Origin: Paramoeba atlantica
Taxonomy: Eukaryota > Protista > Discosea
Assembly: GCA_977017575.1 (NCBI GenBank)
Contig: CDRNVI010000143.1
Location: 310,001 to 374,000, forward strand
DNA length: 64,000 nt
Reading direction: 5' to 3'
Shown here: positions 26,801 to 40,586 of the stretch, piece after piece
How the letters are laid out: each line of letters begins with the position of its first letter
Numbering within the stretch: the stretch's first letter is position 1
Notes under the pieces: model-generated
What the model saw: only the letters and a program-made list of their open reading frames with translations
Told to the model about the DNA's origin: nothing
Database searches by the model: none
Translations under genes and position numbers: made by a program

Positions 26801-28515
26801 TGCCTCCTCTTTTGCTTGAGTTTGCTGAGCTCGCCCTCAAGTTTTTTGTGGAGTCTCTCCCACTCAAAATTTCGCACCATGGTGCATCGAGATTTCACTT
26901 CTTTCATTCCTTGAGTACCCCTTCTAAGGCAGCCAAAGATCCATTTTGGGAGGAGGATCAGGAGTTGGGGTATCTTATGAAAGAGGTGTCGTACAGCACA
27001 AAAACTTTTGATGACTGTATCATGAAGGCAGAGTGGTACTGAGTCCATGTAGCGGAGGGGGATGTGTTTTGAGAAGGAGTCTCCTTCAAGAGAGAGGATG
27101 AAGTTCATTGTAGTCTCTTCTTTGCTTCCATGAGGAAGGGTTGTAGAGCGCCCATGATTGAAGAAGAGTTGTTGGATGTGTTGTGGGTCTGGGTCGAGGA
27201 TGGGTGTGATTCTCCAGGTGTTGTCAGGGCATCCTCTGTGTACTGCTAAACTTGTGATCCTATCTGCCAAAGAGTTGTTCTTGCGGTTTCTCCAGTTAAT
27301 ATGGTTTTCAGGGCTTGGGAGAATGGATGAGAGAGTGGACAATTTCCTTGTTCTCACGAATGACACAGAGTGATGAGCTTCCAATGCACCATCCATTTGG
27401 GTTGGTAGCAACAGATCCATCCCCACAGATGAAAAAGAAGTTGTCTTTGACATTTGTGAGCGAGATTTCGGGAGGCTGTGGTGCAGGTTTCCAGTGTTGC
27501 CAGAACTGTAGGAGAAAGGCTATTCTCCCCGTGCTACTTGCGATTCGAGAGAAGGGGGACGATATCTCATCTTGCTTTGTTTGTTGAGCATTTTTGAAAT
27601 CTGAGGAGAGAATGGGAGTAAGGTCTTAGTTTTTCTGTTGGCCACCAAAGAAGTGGTTGATTCCAAGTCCAAGGAGGTCACAAGCTCTGCATGTTTGGAG
27701 GGAGCTTGTTCTTGTGCGATCCAAGTTTCTGAAGTGGGGGACAGTTAAGACTATATCTTCAAAGGAGCCATTTTCGAAGAGTTCAAGGATAAGGGAGAGG
27801 GAGGGAGGAGTTTGTTGAAAAGAAGGTGGGCCATGAGAAGAAGGGCGGTGGGAAAGTTGGGGAGGGGGAGCGAGAGGGGAGTGAGAGGGGGTGTGGGAAG
27901 GGAGGTGGTGAGGTGGGCTTGGGGGGGGGGCAAATGAGGTGGATGGGAAGGAGGGTGGAGAGGTGTGTGAGGTGAGGGGTGAGATGGGGGAGGAGGAAAA
28001 GGGGTGATGGGATGGTTTTCTGTGCTGTTGTGGCATTGTGTTGAACAATAATGCATTTGGCAGTGGTTACAGGAGATGTGGGAGCCAACTTCTGCTTTAC
28101 CATTGCATTCAGGGTTGTTACATGAAGGGGGAGGGGTGCCAGAGGGATCGAGATCAGGATTAAGATTGAGATGAAGAGTGGGATAGGGAGTGGGGGAGGG
28201 GAGTGGGGAGGGAAGGGGGGAGGGAAGTGGGGAGGGAGGGTGGGAGGGAATTGGGGAGGGAGGGTGGGAGGGGGGATTGGAGGGAGAGCAGGGAGGGGAG
28301 GTTAGGGATGGGAGAGGTTGGGGGGGGGGGGGAGGAAGAGGGTGACAGAGAGTTTGTGACTTCCTGTGGTGGGAAAAGGAGCAGAATGTAAGGAGGCACT
28401 TCTCGCATCGGGAGACTATTACTTTTTGGTGTTGGCCTCTGCATCTTCGGTACGAGCAATTGCCAAGGAATTTTGGAGGATGTGAAGTTGTCTTCTGGGC
28501 CTGAGGATTGTCCAT
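23831..28515 (-). mobile_element. CRE-clade non-LTR retrotransposon (RLE type), disrupted; poly(A) tail at 23831-23868
   Basis: RT motifs KGICPIGVAEVLKR, QYGVCLPSGA, LDIVNAFNSISR, GVQQGDPLG, FVDD, LPKSKGGGGL; CRE-type WMTAYP...FRSAYRCRL; CGFC...HLSDC knuckle; PDL...IDV nuclease. N-terminal Cys/His fingers at 27751-28515. Several frameshifts and stops. The 5' boundary is uncertain. Confidence 0.88.
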
Positions 28516-31180
28516 TCGATTTAGTTCTTTTTCTCTTTCTTTTCTGTTTCTTTCATTCTTTTCTTTTTCTGATTTTTCTCTTTCTTCCTCTTTTTTTCCA
28601 TTCTTTTTCCTTCCTGTTTTTTTTCCTCCTCTATTTTCTTTTTCTTTTCGTTCTCTTCCTTTCTTTTCTCTCTTTCTCGCTTTTTTGGGGTTCTCTTTGT
28701 CTTTTTCCTTCCTTTTCTCTTTCTCTGACCTCTTCTTTTTTTCCTTCTTTTTCTTTCTCTTGCTCTCCTTCTTGGCTGCAACTCTTTCTCCACTTGGCCT
28801 GAGTGAAGTTTTGGGAACTGAAAGTTTTCTGTGCTATCTGGTTTGAGGGTGCCCAGGATTGAGAGGCATGGCTGTGGCAATCTCGAAAATCTTTTGTTAT
28901 GTCAGGGGTGGGGAGCAGAGCTTTTGAAGGTGGGGTTTGAGAGGAAGAGGGGAGAGTGGGTATTGATTTGGATGAAGTGGGAAGTGATTGGTGGTGTGGT
29001 TGGTTTGTGGTTTGTTGTTTGTTGTTTTTCAAGGGGGAAAAAGTCTTTTTTTTTTCTCTTTTTTTCTTTTCTTTTTCTTTTGAAATCTCTTTTTTTTTTC
29101 CTTTCCTCCCCTCCCTCCTTTTTTTTTTTTGTCTTTTTGTCTTTTTCACTTTGTTTTTGTTTTTCTTTTCTTTCTCTTTCATTCTTCTTCTCTCTTTTGG
29201 GATTTTTGAATTCTTTGTTTTTCTTTTGTCTCTCCTTTCTCCCTTTCTCACCACCACTCTTTCTCTCTTTCTAGAGCGCAAACATGCCCAAAGTTGTGCA
29301 GGTAGCGCCATGACAAAGACTTTTTTCTTTTTTTGTTCTTTTGTTTTGGAGTTGAATCATCCTGGCCCTTGAAATTGCTCAAAAAAATTGTTGTACAACT
29401 CTGATTAAGGCAGGTATTTCTTTCAATCCCCAAAATTCTTTTGGATTTTGAATTCAAAGACCCTCTTCTTGAAACTGATCTTTTTTTTTTTTTGAAAAAA
29501 AGGCTCATGAAACCCATAAAGAAGTGATTCTTGAAAGTAGTGCAGGCTGAGTGTGAATATTGTCAAGAACCAGACCACAAAGCAATGACTTATGCTGGAC
29601 CATTCATTGCTGTTCCTTCCTTGTTTGAAGAGAAATGGTGAAGACAATTAGAAAAGGCTTTAGATTGAAAAATTATTAGAGAAGGACTGACCTCCTGGAA
29701 CCAGTGATTGAAACACCAAAAATTGCAAATTGTTGTTGAACATTTTGTTTTGGATGAAAATGGTTGTTTTTCTTTATTGGCCCCCAAATTCTTTGATAAA
29801 GTTGAGCAATCTGCTTTTGTGGAAGTGGTGGGGAATTTTCTGGTGGTTTATGAAGTGGTCATGATTGAAACAAGGAAAGCCAACCTGCTTGTGGTTATTT
29901 TATTTATTGCCCACCACACATCAAAGTGTTGGATGACCTTGATCTTTTTGTTGATAAAGTTCATCATTTGATTGATCTTCCTGAGAAAATTTCATTTCAT
30001 GACCTCCTTGCTTGCAAAGAAGATTGAGGAGGATGAGGAGAATGATGAAAAAGGAAAAAAAGAAGAGGAGGAGTGGGTAAGAACTCTTGAACTTGGTGCT
30101 GGTGGATTGCAATTCTCTTTCTTCCCTTGATATGGCCTAGAGAAATATTTCTCCTACAATTTGAGAATTTTTCTAAATTTTTTTGAAAAAAGATTTTACT
30201 CTTCCATCACCAACCACAATCCAATAGATTTGTTGTGAAGGCAGCATCCAATCAAAATTAGAAGCACTACTATGAGTCCAAGAATAAAAATCCTCAACTC
30301 TCTCTCATGATGGAAGTTCATCACAAGGACAAAATCTTCTTTCTGTTGGGATCCAGGGCAAAGGTAGGCATGTTAATTTAGGTATTTGAGAAACAGTTGA
30401 TCATGATGCCTTGTCAATTGCAAAGGATATTTTTTCTCTTTTAAATGGTCTTCAAAATCTGGCAAAGAAATTCCCTAAAACCCAGTCCTTTTCAGATTCT
30501 TTGAGCTTCTCTTCCTTTGGATCTGTGATGGGGGATCATACTCCTTCAAACCCAGCAGCAGTTGGAGAATTGAGTCAAATGACTGGAAAAATCCTTCAGA
30601 TTCTTGGTTGCCATGCCCATAAATGTGATCTTGTTGAAGAAGCTTTTTGAAAGGCCCTAATCAAAAACCTGTCTTCTTGAGTTGAACAGGTTGTTGATGA
30701 TGATAGTCTTGATTGTGGTGGTGGATCTGACTTATTGATGAAGGCTCCAACAAGAGTGAAAAATATTCACTCTTTTTCACACTTTCTGTATCAACTTGGA
30801 AAACTTGCACTAACTTCATTAAACAAGTATGGGCATTCTGAAAAATTTCAGGTCTGGACAGCACAACATAATCTTATCCACCACCACCTCACACCTCTCC
30901 ACTTAAATCAGTTTTTAGTTTATTCATACAATAGTTTGACTTGTTATCAAGACTTACACTATTATGAAATGTTTATGGAAAGTTGTTTGCCTTCTTCCAC
31001 TTGAACATTTGAAATAGAGAATGAACAAGAAATTATTAAAAGTGATTTTTTTAATATTAATTTTTTTGTAATTTCAATTTCTTAATTATGTTTCTATATT
31101 GAATAGAATGTTTTAATTTATTTTTTAATTTTATGATATGTTTTAAATTTATTTTTCATTTTAAAAATATTTTTTAAGTT

Positions 31181-34100
31181 GGTTCAATCAAATTTCTTAA
31201 TTGTTTTGAATTGATGTATTTAATTTATTTTTTATTTTCTTTTTTTCACATTAATTTTTTGTAATTTCAATTTCTTAATTATGTCTCCATATTGAATGCA
31301 ATTCCTTAATTTATTTTCTGATTCTCTGATATTTTTAGAACTTATTTTTCAGATCTATGATATTTTTTAAGTTGGTTCAATCAAATTTCTTAATTGTTTT
31401 GAATTGATGTATTTAATTTATTTTTTATTTTCTTTTTTTCACATTAATTTTTTGTAATTTCAATTTCTTAATTATGTCTCCATATTGAATGCAATTCCTT
31501 AATTTATTTTCTGATTCTCTGATATTTTTAGAACTTATTTTTCAGATCTATGATATTTTTTAAGTTGGTTCAATCAAATTTCTTAATTGTTTTGAATTGA
31601 TGTATTTAATTTATTTTTTATTTTCTTTTTTTCACATTAATTTTTTGTAATTTCAATTTCTTAATTATGTCTCCATATTGAATGCAATTCCTTAATTTAT
31701 TTTCTGATTCTCTGATATTTTTAGAACTTATTTTTCAGATCTATGATATTTTTTAAGTTGGTTCAATCAAATTTCTTAATTGTTTTGAATTGATGTATTT
31801 AATTTATTTTTTATTTTCTTTTTTTCACATTAATTTTTTGTAATTTCAATTTCTTAATTATGTCTCCATATTGAATGCAATTCCTTAATTTATTTTCTGA
31901 TTCTCTGATATTTTTAGAACTTATTTTTCAGATCTATGATATTTTTTAAGTTGGTTCAATCAAATTTCTTAATTGTTTTGAATTGATGTATTTAATTTAT
32001 TTTTTATTTTCTTTTTTTCACATTAATTTTTTGTAATTTCAATTTCTTAATTATGTCTCCATATTGAATGCAATTCCTTAATTTATTTTCTGATTCTCTG
32101 ATATTTTTAGAACTTATTTTTCAGATCTATGATATTTTTTAAGTTGGTTCAATCAAATTTCTTAATTGTTTTGAATTGATGTATTTAATTTATTTTTTAT
32201 TTTCTTTTTTTCACATTAATTTTTTGTAATTTCAATTTCTTAATTATGTCTCCATATTGAATGCAATTCCTTAATTTATTTTCTGATTCTCTGATATTTT
32301 TAGAACTTATTTTTCAGATCTATGATATTTTTTAAGTTGGTTCAATCAAATTTCTTAATTGTTTTGAATTGATGTATTTAATTTATTTTTTATTTTCTTT
32401 TTTTCACATTAATTTTTTGTAATTTCAATTTCTTAATTATGTCTCCATATTGAATGCAATTCCTTAATTTATTTTCTGATTCTCTGATATTTTTAGAACT
32501 TATTTTTCAGATCTATGATATTTTTTAAGTTGGTTCAATCAAATTTCTTAATTGTTTTGAATTGATGTATTTAATTTATTTTTTATTTTCTTTTTTTCAC
32601 ATTAATTTTTTGTAATTTCAATTTCTTAATTATGTCTCCATATTGAATGCAATTCCTTAATTTATTTTCTGATTCTCTGATATTTTTAGAACTTATTTTT
32701 CAGATCTATGATATTTTTTAAGTTGGTTCAATCAAATTTCTTAATTGTTTTGAATTGATGTATTTAATTTATTTTTTATTTTCTTTTTTTCACATTAATT
32801 TTTTGTAATTTCAATTTCTTAATTATGTCTCCATATTGAATGCAATTCCTTAATTTATTTTCTGATTCTCTGATATTTTTAGAACTTATTTTTCAGATCT
32901 ATGATATTTTTTAAGTTGGTTCAATCAAATTTCTTAATTGTTTTGAATTGATGTATTTAATTTATTTTTTATTTTCTTTTTTTCACATTAATTTTTTGTA
33001 ATTTCAATTTCTTAATTATGTCTCCATATTGAATGCAATTCCTTAATTTATTTTCTGATTCTCTGATATTTTTAGAACTTATTTTTCAGATCTATGATAT
33101 TTTTTAAGTTGGTTCAATCAAATTTCTTAATTGTTTTGAATTGATGTATTTAATTTATTTTTTATTTTCTTTTTTTCACATTAATTTTTTGTAATTTCAA
33201 TTTCTTAATTATGTCTCCATATTGAATGCAATTCCTTAATTTATTTTCTGATTCTCTGATATTTTTAGAACTTATTTTTCAGATCTATGATATTTTTTAA
33301 GTTGGTTCAATCAAATTTCTTAATTGTTTTGAATTGATGTATTTAATTTATTTTTTATTTTCTTTTTTTCACATTAATTTTTTGTAATTTCAATTTCTTA
33401 ATTATGTCTCCATATTGAATGCAATTCCTTAATTTATTTTCTGATTCTCTGATATTTTTAGAACTTATTTTTCAGATCTATGATATTTTTTAAGTTGGTT
33501 CAATCAAATTTCTTAATTGTTTTGAATTGATGTATTTAATTTATTTTTTATTTTCTTTTTTTCACATTAATTTTTTGTAATTTCAATTTCTTAATTATGT
33601 CTCCATATTGAATGCAATTCCTTAATTTATTTTCTGATTCTCTGATATTTTTAGAACTTATTTTTCAGATCTATGATATTTTTTAAGTTGGTTCAATCAA
33701 ATTTCTTAATTGTTTTGAATTGATGTATTTAATTTATTTTTTATTTTCTTTTTTTCACATTAATTTTTTGTAATTTCAATTTCTTAATTATGTCTCCATA
33801 TTGAATGCAATTCCTTAATTTATTTTCTGATTCTCTGATATTTTTAGAACTTATTTTTCAGATCTATGATATTTTTTAAGTTGGTTCAATCAAATTTCTT
33901 AATTGTTTTGAATTGATGTATTTAATTTATTTTTTATTTTCTTTTTTTCACATTAATTTTTTGTAATTTCAATTTCTTAATTATGTCTCCATATTGAATG
34001 CAATTCCTTAATTTATTTTCTGATTCTCTGATATTTTTAGAACTTATTTTTCAGATCTATGATATTTTTTAAGTTGGTTCAATCAAATTTCTTAATTGTT

Positions 34101-37100
34101 TTGAATTGATGTATTTAATTTATTTTTTATTTTCTTTTTTTCACATTAATTTTTTGTAATTTCAATTTCTTAATTATGTCTCCATATTGAATGCAATTCC
34201 TTAATTTATTTTCTGATTCTCTGATATTTTTAGAACTTATTTTTCAGATCTATGATATTTTTTAAGTTGGTTCAATCAAATTTCTTAATTGTTTTGAATT
34301 GATGTATTTAATTTATTTTTTATTTTCTTTTTTTCACATTAATTTTTTGTAATTTCAATTTCTTAATTATGTCTCCATATTGAATGCAATTCCTTAATTT
34401 ATTTTCTGATTCTCTGATATTTTTAGAACTTATTTTTCAGATCTATGATATTTTTTAAGTTGGTTCAATCAAATTTCTTAATTGTTTTGAATTGATGTAT
34501 TTAATTTATTTTTTATTTTCTTTTTTTCACATTAATTTTTTGTAATTTCAATTTCTTAATTATGTCTCCATATTGAATGCAATTCCTTAATTTATTTTCT
34601 GATTCTCTGATATTTTTAGAACTTATTTTTCAGATCTATGATATTTTTTAAGTTGGTTCAATCAAATTTCTTAATTGTTTTGAATTGATGTATTTAATTT
34701 ATTTTTTATTTTCTTTTTTTCACATTAATTTTTTGTAATTTCAATTTCTTAATTATGTCTCCATATTGAATGCAATTCCTTAATTTATTTTCTGATTCTC
34801 TGATATTTTTAGAACTTATTTTTCAGATCTATGATATTTTTTAAGTTGGTTCAATCAAATTTCTTAATTGTTTTGAATTGATGTATTTAATTTATTTTTT
34901 ATTTTCTTTTTTTCACATTAATTTTTTGTAATTTCAATTTCTTAATTATGTCTCCATATTGAATGCAATTCCTTAATTTATTTTCTGATTCTCTGATATT
35001 TTTAGAACTTATTTTTCAGATCTATGATATTTTTTAAGTTGGTTCAATCAAATTTCTTAATTGTTTTGAATTGATGTATTTAATTTATTTTTTATTTTCT
35101 TTTTTTCACATTAATTTTTTGTAATTTCAATTTCTTAATTATGTCTCCATATTGAATGCAATTCCTTAATTTATTTTCTGATTCTCTGATATTTTTAGAA
35201 CTTATTTTTCAGATCTATGATATTTTTTAAGTTGGTTCAATCAAATTTCTTAATTGTTTTGAATTGATGTATTTAATTTATTTTTTATTTTCTTTTTTTC
35301 ACATTAATTTTTTGTAATTTCAATTTCTTAATTATGTCTCCATATTGAATGCAATTCCTTAATTTATTTTCTGATTCTCTGATATTTTTAGAACTTATTT
35401 TTCAGATCTATGATATTTTTTAAGTTGGTTCAATCAAATTTCTTAATTGTTTTGAATTGATGTATTTAATTTATTTTTTATTTTCTTTTTTTCACATTAA
35501 TTTTTTGTAATTTCAATTTCTTAATTATGTCTCCATATTGAATGCAATTCCTTAATTTATTTTCTGATTCTCTGATATTTTTAGAACTTATTTTTCAGAT
35601 CTATGATATTTTTTAAGTTGGTTCAATCAAATTTCTTAATTGTTTTGAATTGATGTATTTAATTTATTTTTTATTTTCTTTTTTTCACATTAATTTTTTG
35701 TAATTTCAATTTCTTAATTATGTCTCCATATTGAATGCAATTCCTTAATTTATTTTCTGATTCTCTGATATTTTTAGAACTTATTTTTCAGATCTATGAT
35801 ATTTTTTAAGTTGGTTCAATCAAATTTCTTAATTGTTTTGAATTGATGTATTTAATTTATTTTTTATTTTCTTTTTTTCACATTAATTTTTTGTAATTTC
35901 AATTTCTTAATTATGTCTCCATATTGAATGCAATTCCTTAATTTATTTTCTGATTCTCTGATATTTTTAGAACTTATTTTTCAGATCTATGATATTTTTT
36001 AAGTTGGTTCAATCAAATTTCTTAATTGTTTTGAATTGATGTATTTAATTTATTTTTTATTTTCTTTTTTTCACATTAATTTTTTGTAATTTCAATTTCT
36101 TAATTATGTCTCCATATTGAATGCAATTCCTTAATTTATTTTCTGATTCTCTGATATTTTTAGAACTTATTTTTCAGATCTATGATATTTTTTAAGTTGG
36201 TTCAATCAAATTTCTTAATTGTTTTGAATTGATGTATTTAATTTATTTTTTATTTTCTTTTTTTCACATTAATTTTTTGTAATTTCAATTTCTTAATTAT
36301 GTCTCCATATTGAATGCAATTCCTTAATTTATTTTCTGATTCTCTGATATTTTTAGAACTTATTTTTCAGATCTATGATATTTTTTAAGTTGGTTCAATC
36401 AAATTTCTTAATTGTTTTGAATTGATGTATTTAATTTATTTTTTATTTTCTTTTTTTCACATTAATTTTTTGTAATTTCAATTTCTTAATTATGTCTCCA
36501 TATTGAATGCAATTCCTTAATTTATTTTCTGATTCTCTGATATTTTTAGAACTTATTTTTCAGATCTATGATATTTTTTAAGTTGGTTCAATCAAATTTC
36601 TTAATTGTTTTGAATTGATGTATTTAATTTATTTTTTATTTTCTTTTTTTCACATTAATTTTTTGTAATTTCAATTTCTTAATTATGTCTCCATATTGAA
36701 TGCAATTCCTTAATTTATTTTCTGATTCTCTGATATTTTTAGAACTTATTTTTCAGATCTATGATATTTTTTAAGTTGGTTCAATCAAATTTCTTAATTG
36801 TTTTGAATTGATGTATTTAATTTATTTTTTATTTTCTTTTTTTCACATTAATTTTTTGTAATTTCAATTTCTTAATTATGTCTCCATATTGAATGCAATT
36901 CCTTAATTTATTTTCTGATTCTCTGATATTTTTAGAACTTATTTTTCAGATCTATGATATTTTTTAAGTTGGTTCAATCAAATTTCTTAATTGTTTTGAA
37001 TTGATGTATTTAATTTATTTTTTATTTTCTTTTTTTCACATTAATTTTTTGTAATTTCAATTTCTTAATTATGTCTCCATATTGAATGCAATTCCTTAAT

Positions 37101-37175
37101 TTATTTTCTGATTCTCTGATATTTTTAGAACTTATTTTTCAGATCTATGATATTTTTTAAGTTGGTTCAATCAAA
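31181..37175. repeat. 193-bp tandem satellite, 31 apparently identical units (about 81% AT)
   Basis: The GGTTCAATCAAA landmark recurs at 31181, 31374, 31567, ... 37164 (exactly 31 x 193); a diverged partial unit lies at about 31040-31180. Confidence 0.97.
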
Positions 37176-38398
37176 AATTTTTTTCTCTTTTTTAAATATT
37201 TAAAATTTCATTTTTTTAAAAAATATAAAAATCAAATTGAGAAAAATACTTTTTTTTTAACCAAATAAAGAAAATTAGTTTTGTTTTTGAAATTGATTTT
37301 AGTTTTTTGTTTGTTTTTGTTGGTTTTTGTTTAATTGCTTCATCTCACCTAAACTCATACACAAGAATCTATTATCTTCTTGAACAAAAAAAAAGAGAAA
37401 ATCTTTTGCCTTTCTTGTTGAAGTAATTTTATTGTAAAATTTAAAAGTTTTAGTTTATAAATACATTCTTTTTTATGAAACCTTTGAATGAAAAAAGTTA
37501 ACTCTCTGTTAAACTTTAATAAAGTAATATTATTGTTTTTATAAAAAATTGATTCTTGATAGTCCAGATGAAAAAGAATGGATGATAACTTTTACAAATA
37601 TGAGTTGTTTTTTTCAAATTAACTAACAGCAAAACAAAAAACTTTCCAAGACTTGAGGTAACCTGCTTTTTGGAGTAAAATCAAAGATGTGAAAATGCTC
37701 TACAAAGATTGAACCTTTTCAAATTGATAAAATTGTTAAGTATGTGTAAAAATGTGATGAAAACCAAGTTTCATTGACCCAAACCATCTCCAAAGATTGG
37801 ATTAATATCACTTTCTCAAAAGCAATCTCTTTTACCTGGATTTATTCCTTTGTTTAGAGTGAAAAACAACTTTTTCTTATTGATTCAGAGCCACTTGAGG
37901 CAGAGAAGTACAGTTTGTTTGAGGAAAAGCTGAAACAAAATACAAAAGAATTACAAGAAAAGATTGATGCTGCTCACTCTCAATTGATCATAAATATTAA
38001 TAAAACTGATTTTGATTGCAAAAAAGATACTGAAAAACTTAAAGTTGTTTTAATACATAATTGCCCCCATATATATTGTTTCTCTTGAAATGAATTCTAT
38101 ATCACTTTAATGCTTATAGTTGGTATTATTGAATGGAGTTTTTCAATTTTTGCAATTATCAAAACAATATCCTTTGTTTCAGACTTAAAGGTGATGTATA
38201 ATCTTTCAGTGAATGAGTGGTATTATGTAATATTATTTTCATCACCAAATATCAATAATAAGTTATTTTCTTATTGAATTGATAAAATTTTTATTCTAAA
38301 AGTGATTATAAGATGTTGATTTTTAGAGCTCAAAGATAATATCAAAGCTCTTCTTATCTTAAATAGTTATCTTGTTTAGTGTTGCAAACCTTCAAACT

Positions 38399-38683
38399 TT
38401 AACTTGTAATTTCACAAAGTAATTCATTTAAAGCATAATTTTTTCTAGTATGGGTTTTAAACACTGCCTTGGTAAGAATCATACAATCTTCAACAATCAC
38501 AATCTCTTTTATCATTGATTTAACACTTTGTATCCCTCTTAAGCAACCTGTAAATTCACCAATATTGTTAAAGCTAAGAGAAATGGTTTCAAACCCACCA
38601 CATATCTCTCTCTCTTCTCTGAAAACTGCAAAATCTGCACCCCCCAGATGAGGGCCTGTATATCTTAAATCATTATAAAACAT
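38399..38683 (-). pseudogene. tRNA-splicing endonuclease (EndA/SEN2/SEN34)-like domain relic
   Basis: FYNDLR...TGPHLGGADFAVF...GEFTGCLRGIQSVKS resembles the EndA C-terminal pattern VYxDLR...GxKYGADFxVY...ELxGxVRVAHSVRK; catalytic Tyr/His not evident. By-eye match only. Confidence 0.45.
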
Positions 38684-38799
38684 TTAAAAGCTTTTGAATT
38701 TAAAGCTTTTCTTCTCTTTAGGTCCTTTTTTGGTTTGAGTTCTTGGAGGCTAAAGAAGGATTTTATTCTTTCTCAAGATTTTTCTAACAATTTTCATAG

Positions 38800-40586
38800 T
38801 AAATTAAACTAATTTAGTTCCTTCTGCATACACTGTGAGCCACAAACTCAGCAAGACAACACTCACCACAGAGGTTTCTTGCCTGGTAAGATACTTTGAG
38901 ATAAGGCCACACACATTCTTAGTTTCTTACCAGTTAAGTACTTTCAGCAAAATACATTTCCTTCCTCTTGCTTGAAGAAAACCCTCAACCACAGAACATT
39001 TTTCCAGTAGATGAGATTATGACTCCTTTTCTCAGTGGCAGAGGCAACAACTTGAATTTTGGTTTGAGAAGTGAGACAACTTGATTCTTATAGATAGCCC
39101 TTTTATTAGAAATTTAAGTAAATTCCTCTTAAGCTGAGGTCTAATTGCATGAGCCAAGTTGTACACCACATACTCAGCTCTTCTTTCCCCCACATACAAG
39201 TCTTTGATTTCAATTGAAATCATTTGAGATATATTGATATATACAACACAAGTGGTCTGGCCAAACACAACTTTGGAAGAAAGGCTTTGCTGCAATGAAA
39301 GCATCCTTTCACATGGCTTCAATGGAGAGAAAACTCTGATAGTCACTCCTCATTGGTGGACAAGAGGTGAAAAGAGCCCAGTTAAAAACAATAGGGTGAT
39401 GTAGTTGAGGATTTGAGTCTAAAGAGGATAGCATAAAGTAAGAACAGAGGTTTTAGTGTTGGCATAGGCACCCAGGGCTGAGCAAATGGATTTCCACATC
39501 AAAGAGGTGATAGATTTTAGGATCAACTTGAATCTCACTAAGTATTCCATACATGGAGTTAGATAGATATTGACCATCCTCACTCTTGAATAAAAATTCC
39601 CACCTCTCTTTTTAATTGCTGTTCCAACTTTCTTCATCTTTTGGACCACCTTCTCTCAATCTTTGAGAGAAGATAACCATTTATTCAATCTCACTCCCAG
39701 TTTCATCACCACAGTAATTGAGTCTTGCCATCTCAGACCAGGGGCCTACTGGTTTGTAAGACTCAGTTGAGAGGACAAAGCACTTATTAAAGTTCAGTTT
39801 AGTTCCAGTTGCTTCTTTATATTTCTTAAAGGTTGGAGTGAGAGAATTGATGGTTTCAGCTCTCTGAAGCACTATCCCCAAATCATCCATAAAGCCTGGC
39901 AGATCTTGGGGGTTGTGTTTCTTCTTCAGACTCACAAGGAGGATGTCAAACACAATCACAAACAATAGAGGGGAGATTGGGCATCCTTGTCTAACTCCTG
40001 TCCAGCTTTGGATTGATTCTTTGGTACCTCCCCTCTTGGATCCACTAATATTTAGCAGCCAGGTTACATATTCACAAAGGATTTTCTCAACAATATAGAT
40101 TGCTTGAGGGGGGCATTCAGACCTTTGAGAATATGAAGGAGTGCATCACAATTCACATAATTATATGCCTTGCAAAAGTCTGTTTGGAGAAGAGTCACAT
40201 CTTTTCCCTCTGCCAAAGCTTTGTAAAAAGAGTTATATACTGATTCTACTGCTTCATCAATTGATCTCCTGAAAATTCATAATCTCACCTGCTTGTTGAA
40301 TTAGTTCTACTCACATATCAAAGTACTTCTCTTGTGTTGCCTTATACAAAAAGAAGGGAATACCATCAGGTCCTGTGCTGGTGTTGTTGGTTCTCTGAAG
40401 TAGTTTATCAACTTTCTTCCTGTCCACATCATGTTTCTCAACTGGGGGGAAATGAGGTTGGTGGTCAGCAATCAGTTCATCAAGAGAATCTTTGTTATAT
40501 GGTCTTTCTGTGCTGAGAAGACCCTTCCAAAAATCCTTAATTGCTTTTTTAACCACATTATCATTATGAAAGATCACCCCATCCAT
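38800..40586 (-). mobile_element. Degenerate L1/Tx1-like non-LTR retrotransposon fragment (RT plus C-terminal region)
   Basis: STGPDGIP, QTDFCKAYNYV, GVRQGCPISPLLF, FMDD, GTKLNFNKC and a downstream CCLC zinc-knuckle remnant; many stops and frameshifts. Confidence 0.82.

Noticed and set aside
29500-30050. Possible Tc1/IS630-like transposase relic on the minus strand (VWWAINK, LVLDNIH)
   Set aside because: Only two weak motif echoes in heavily decayed sequence; cannot be supported without a profile search.
31181-37175. Satellite as a CRISPR array or coding repeat
   Set aside because: The units are identical with no unique spacers, 193 is not a multiple of 3, and all frames checked on the minus strand contain stops.
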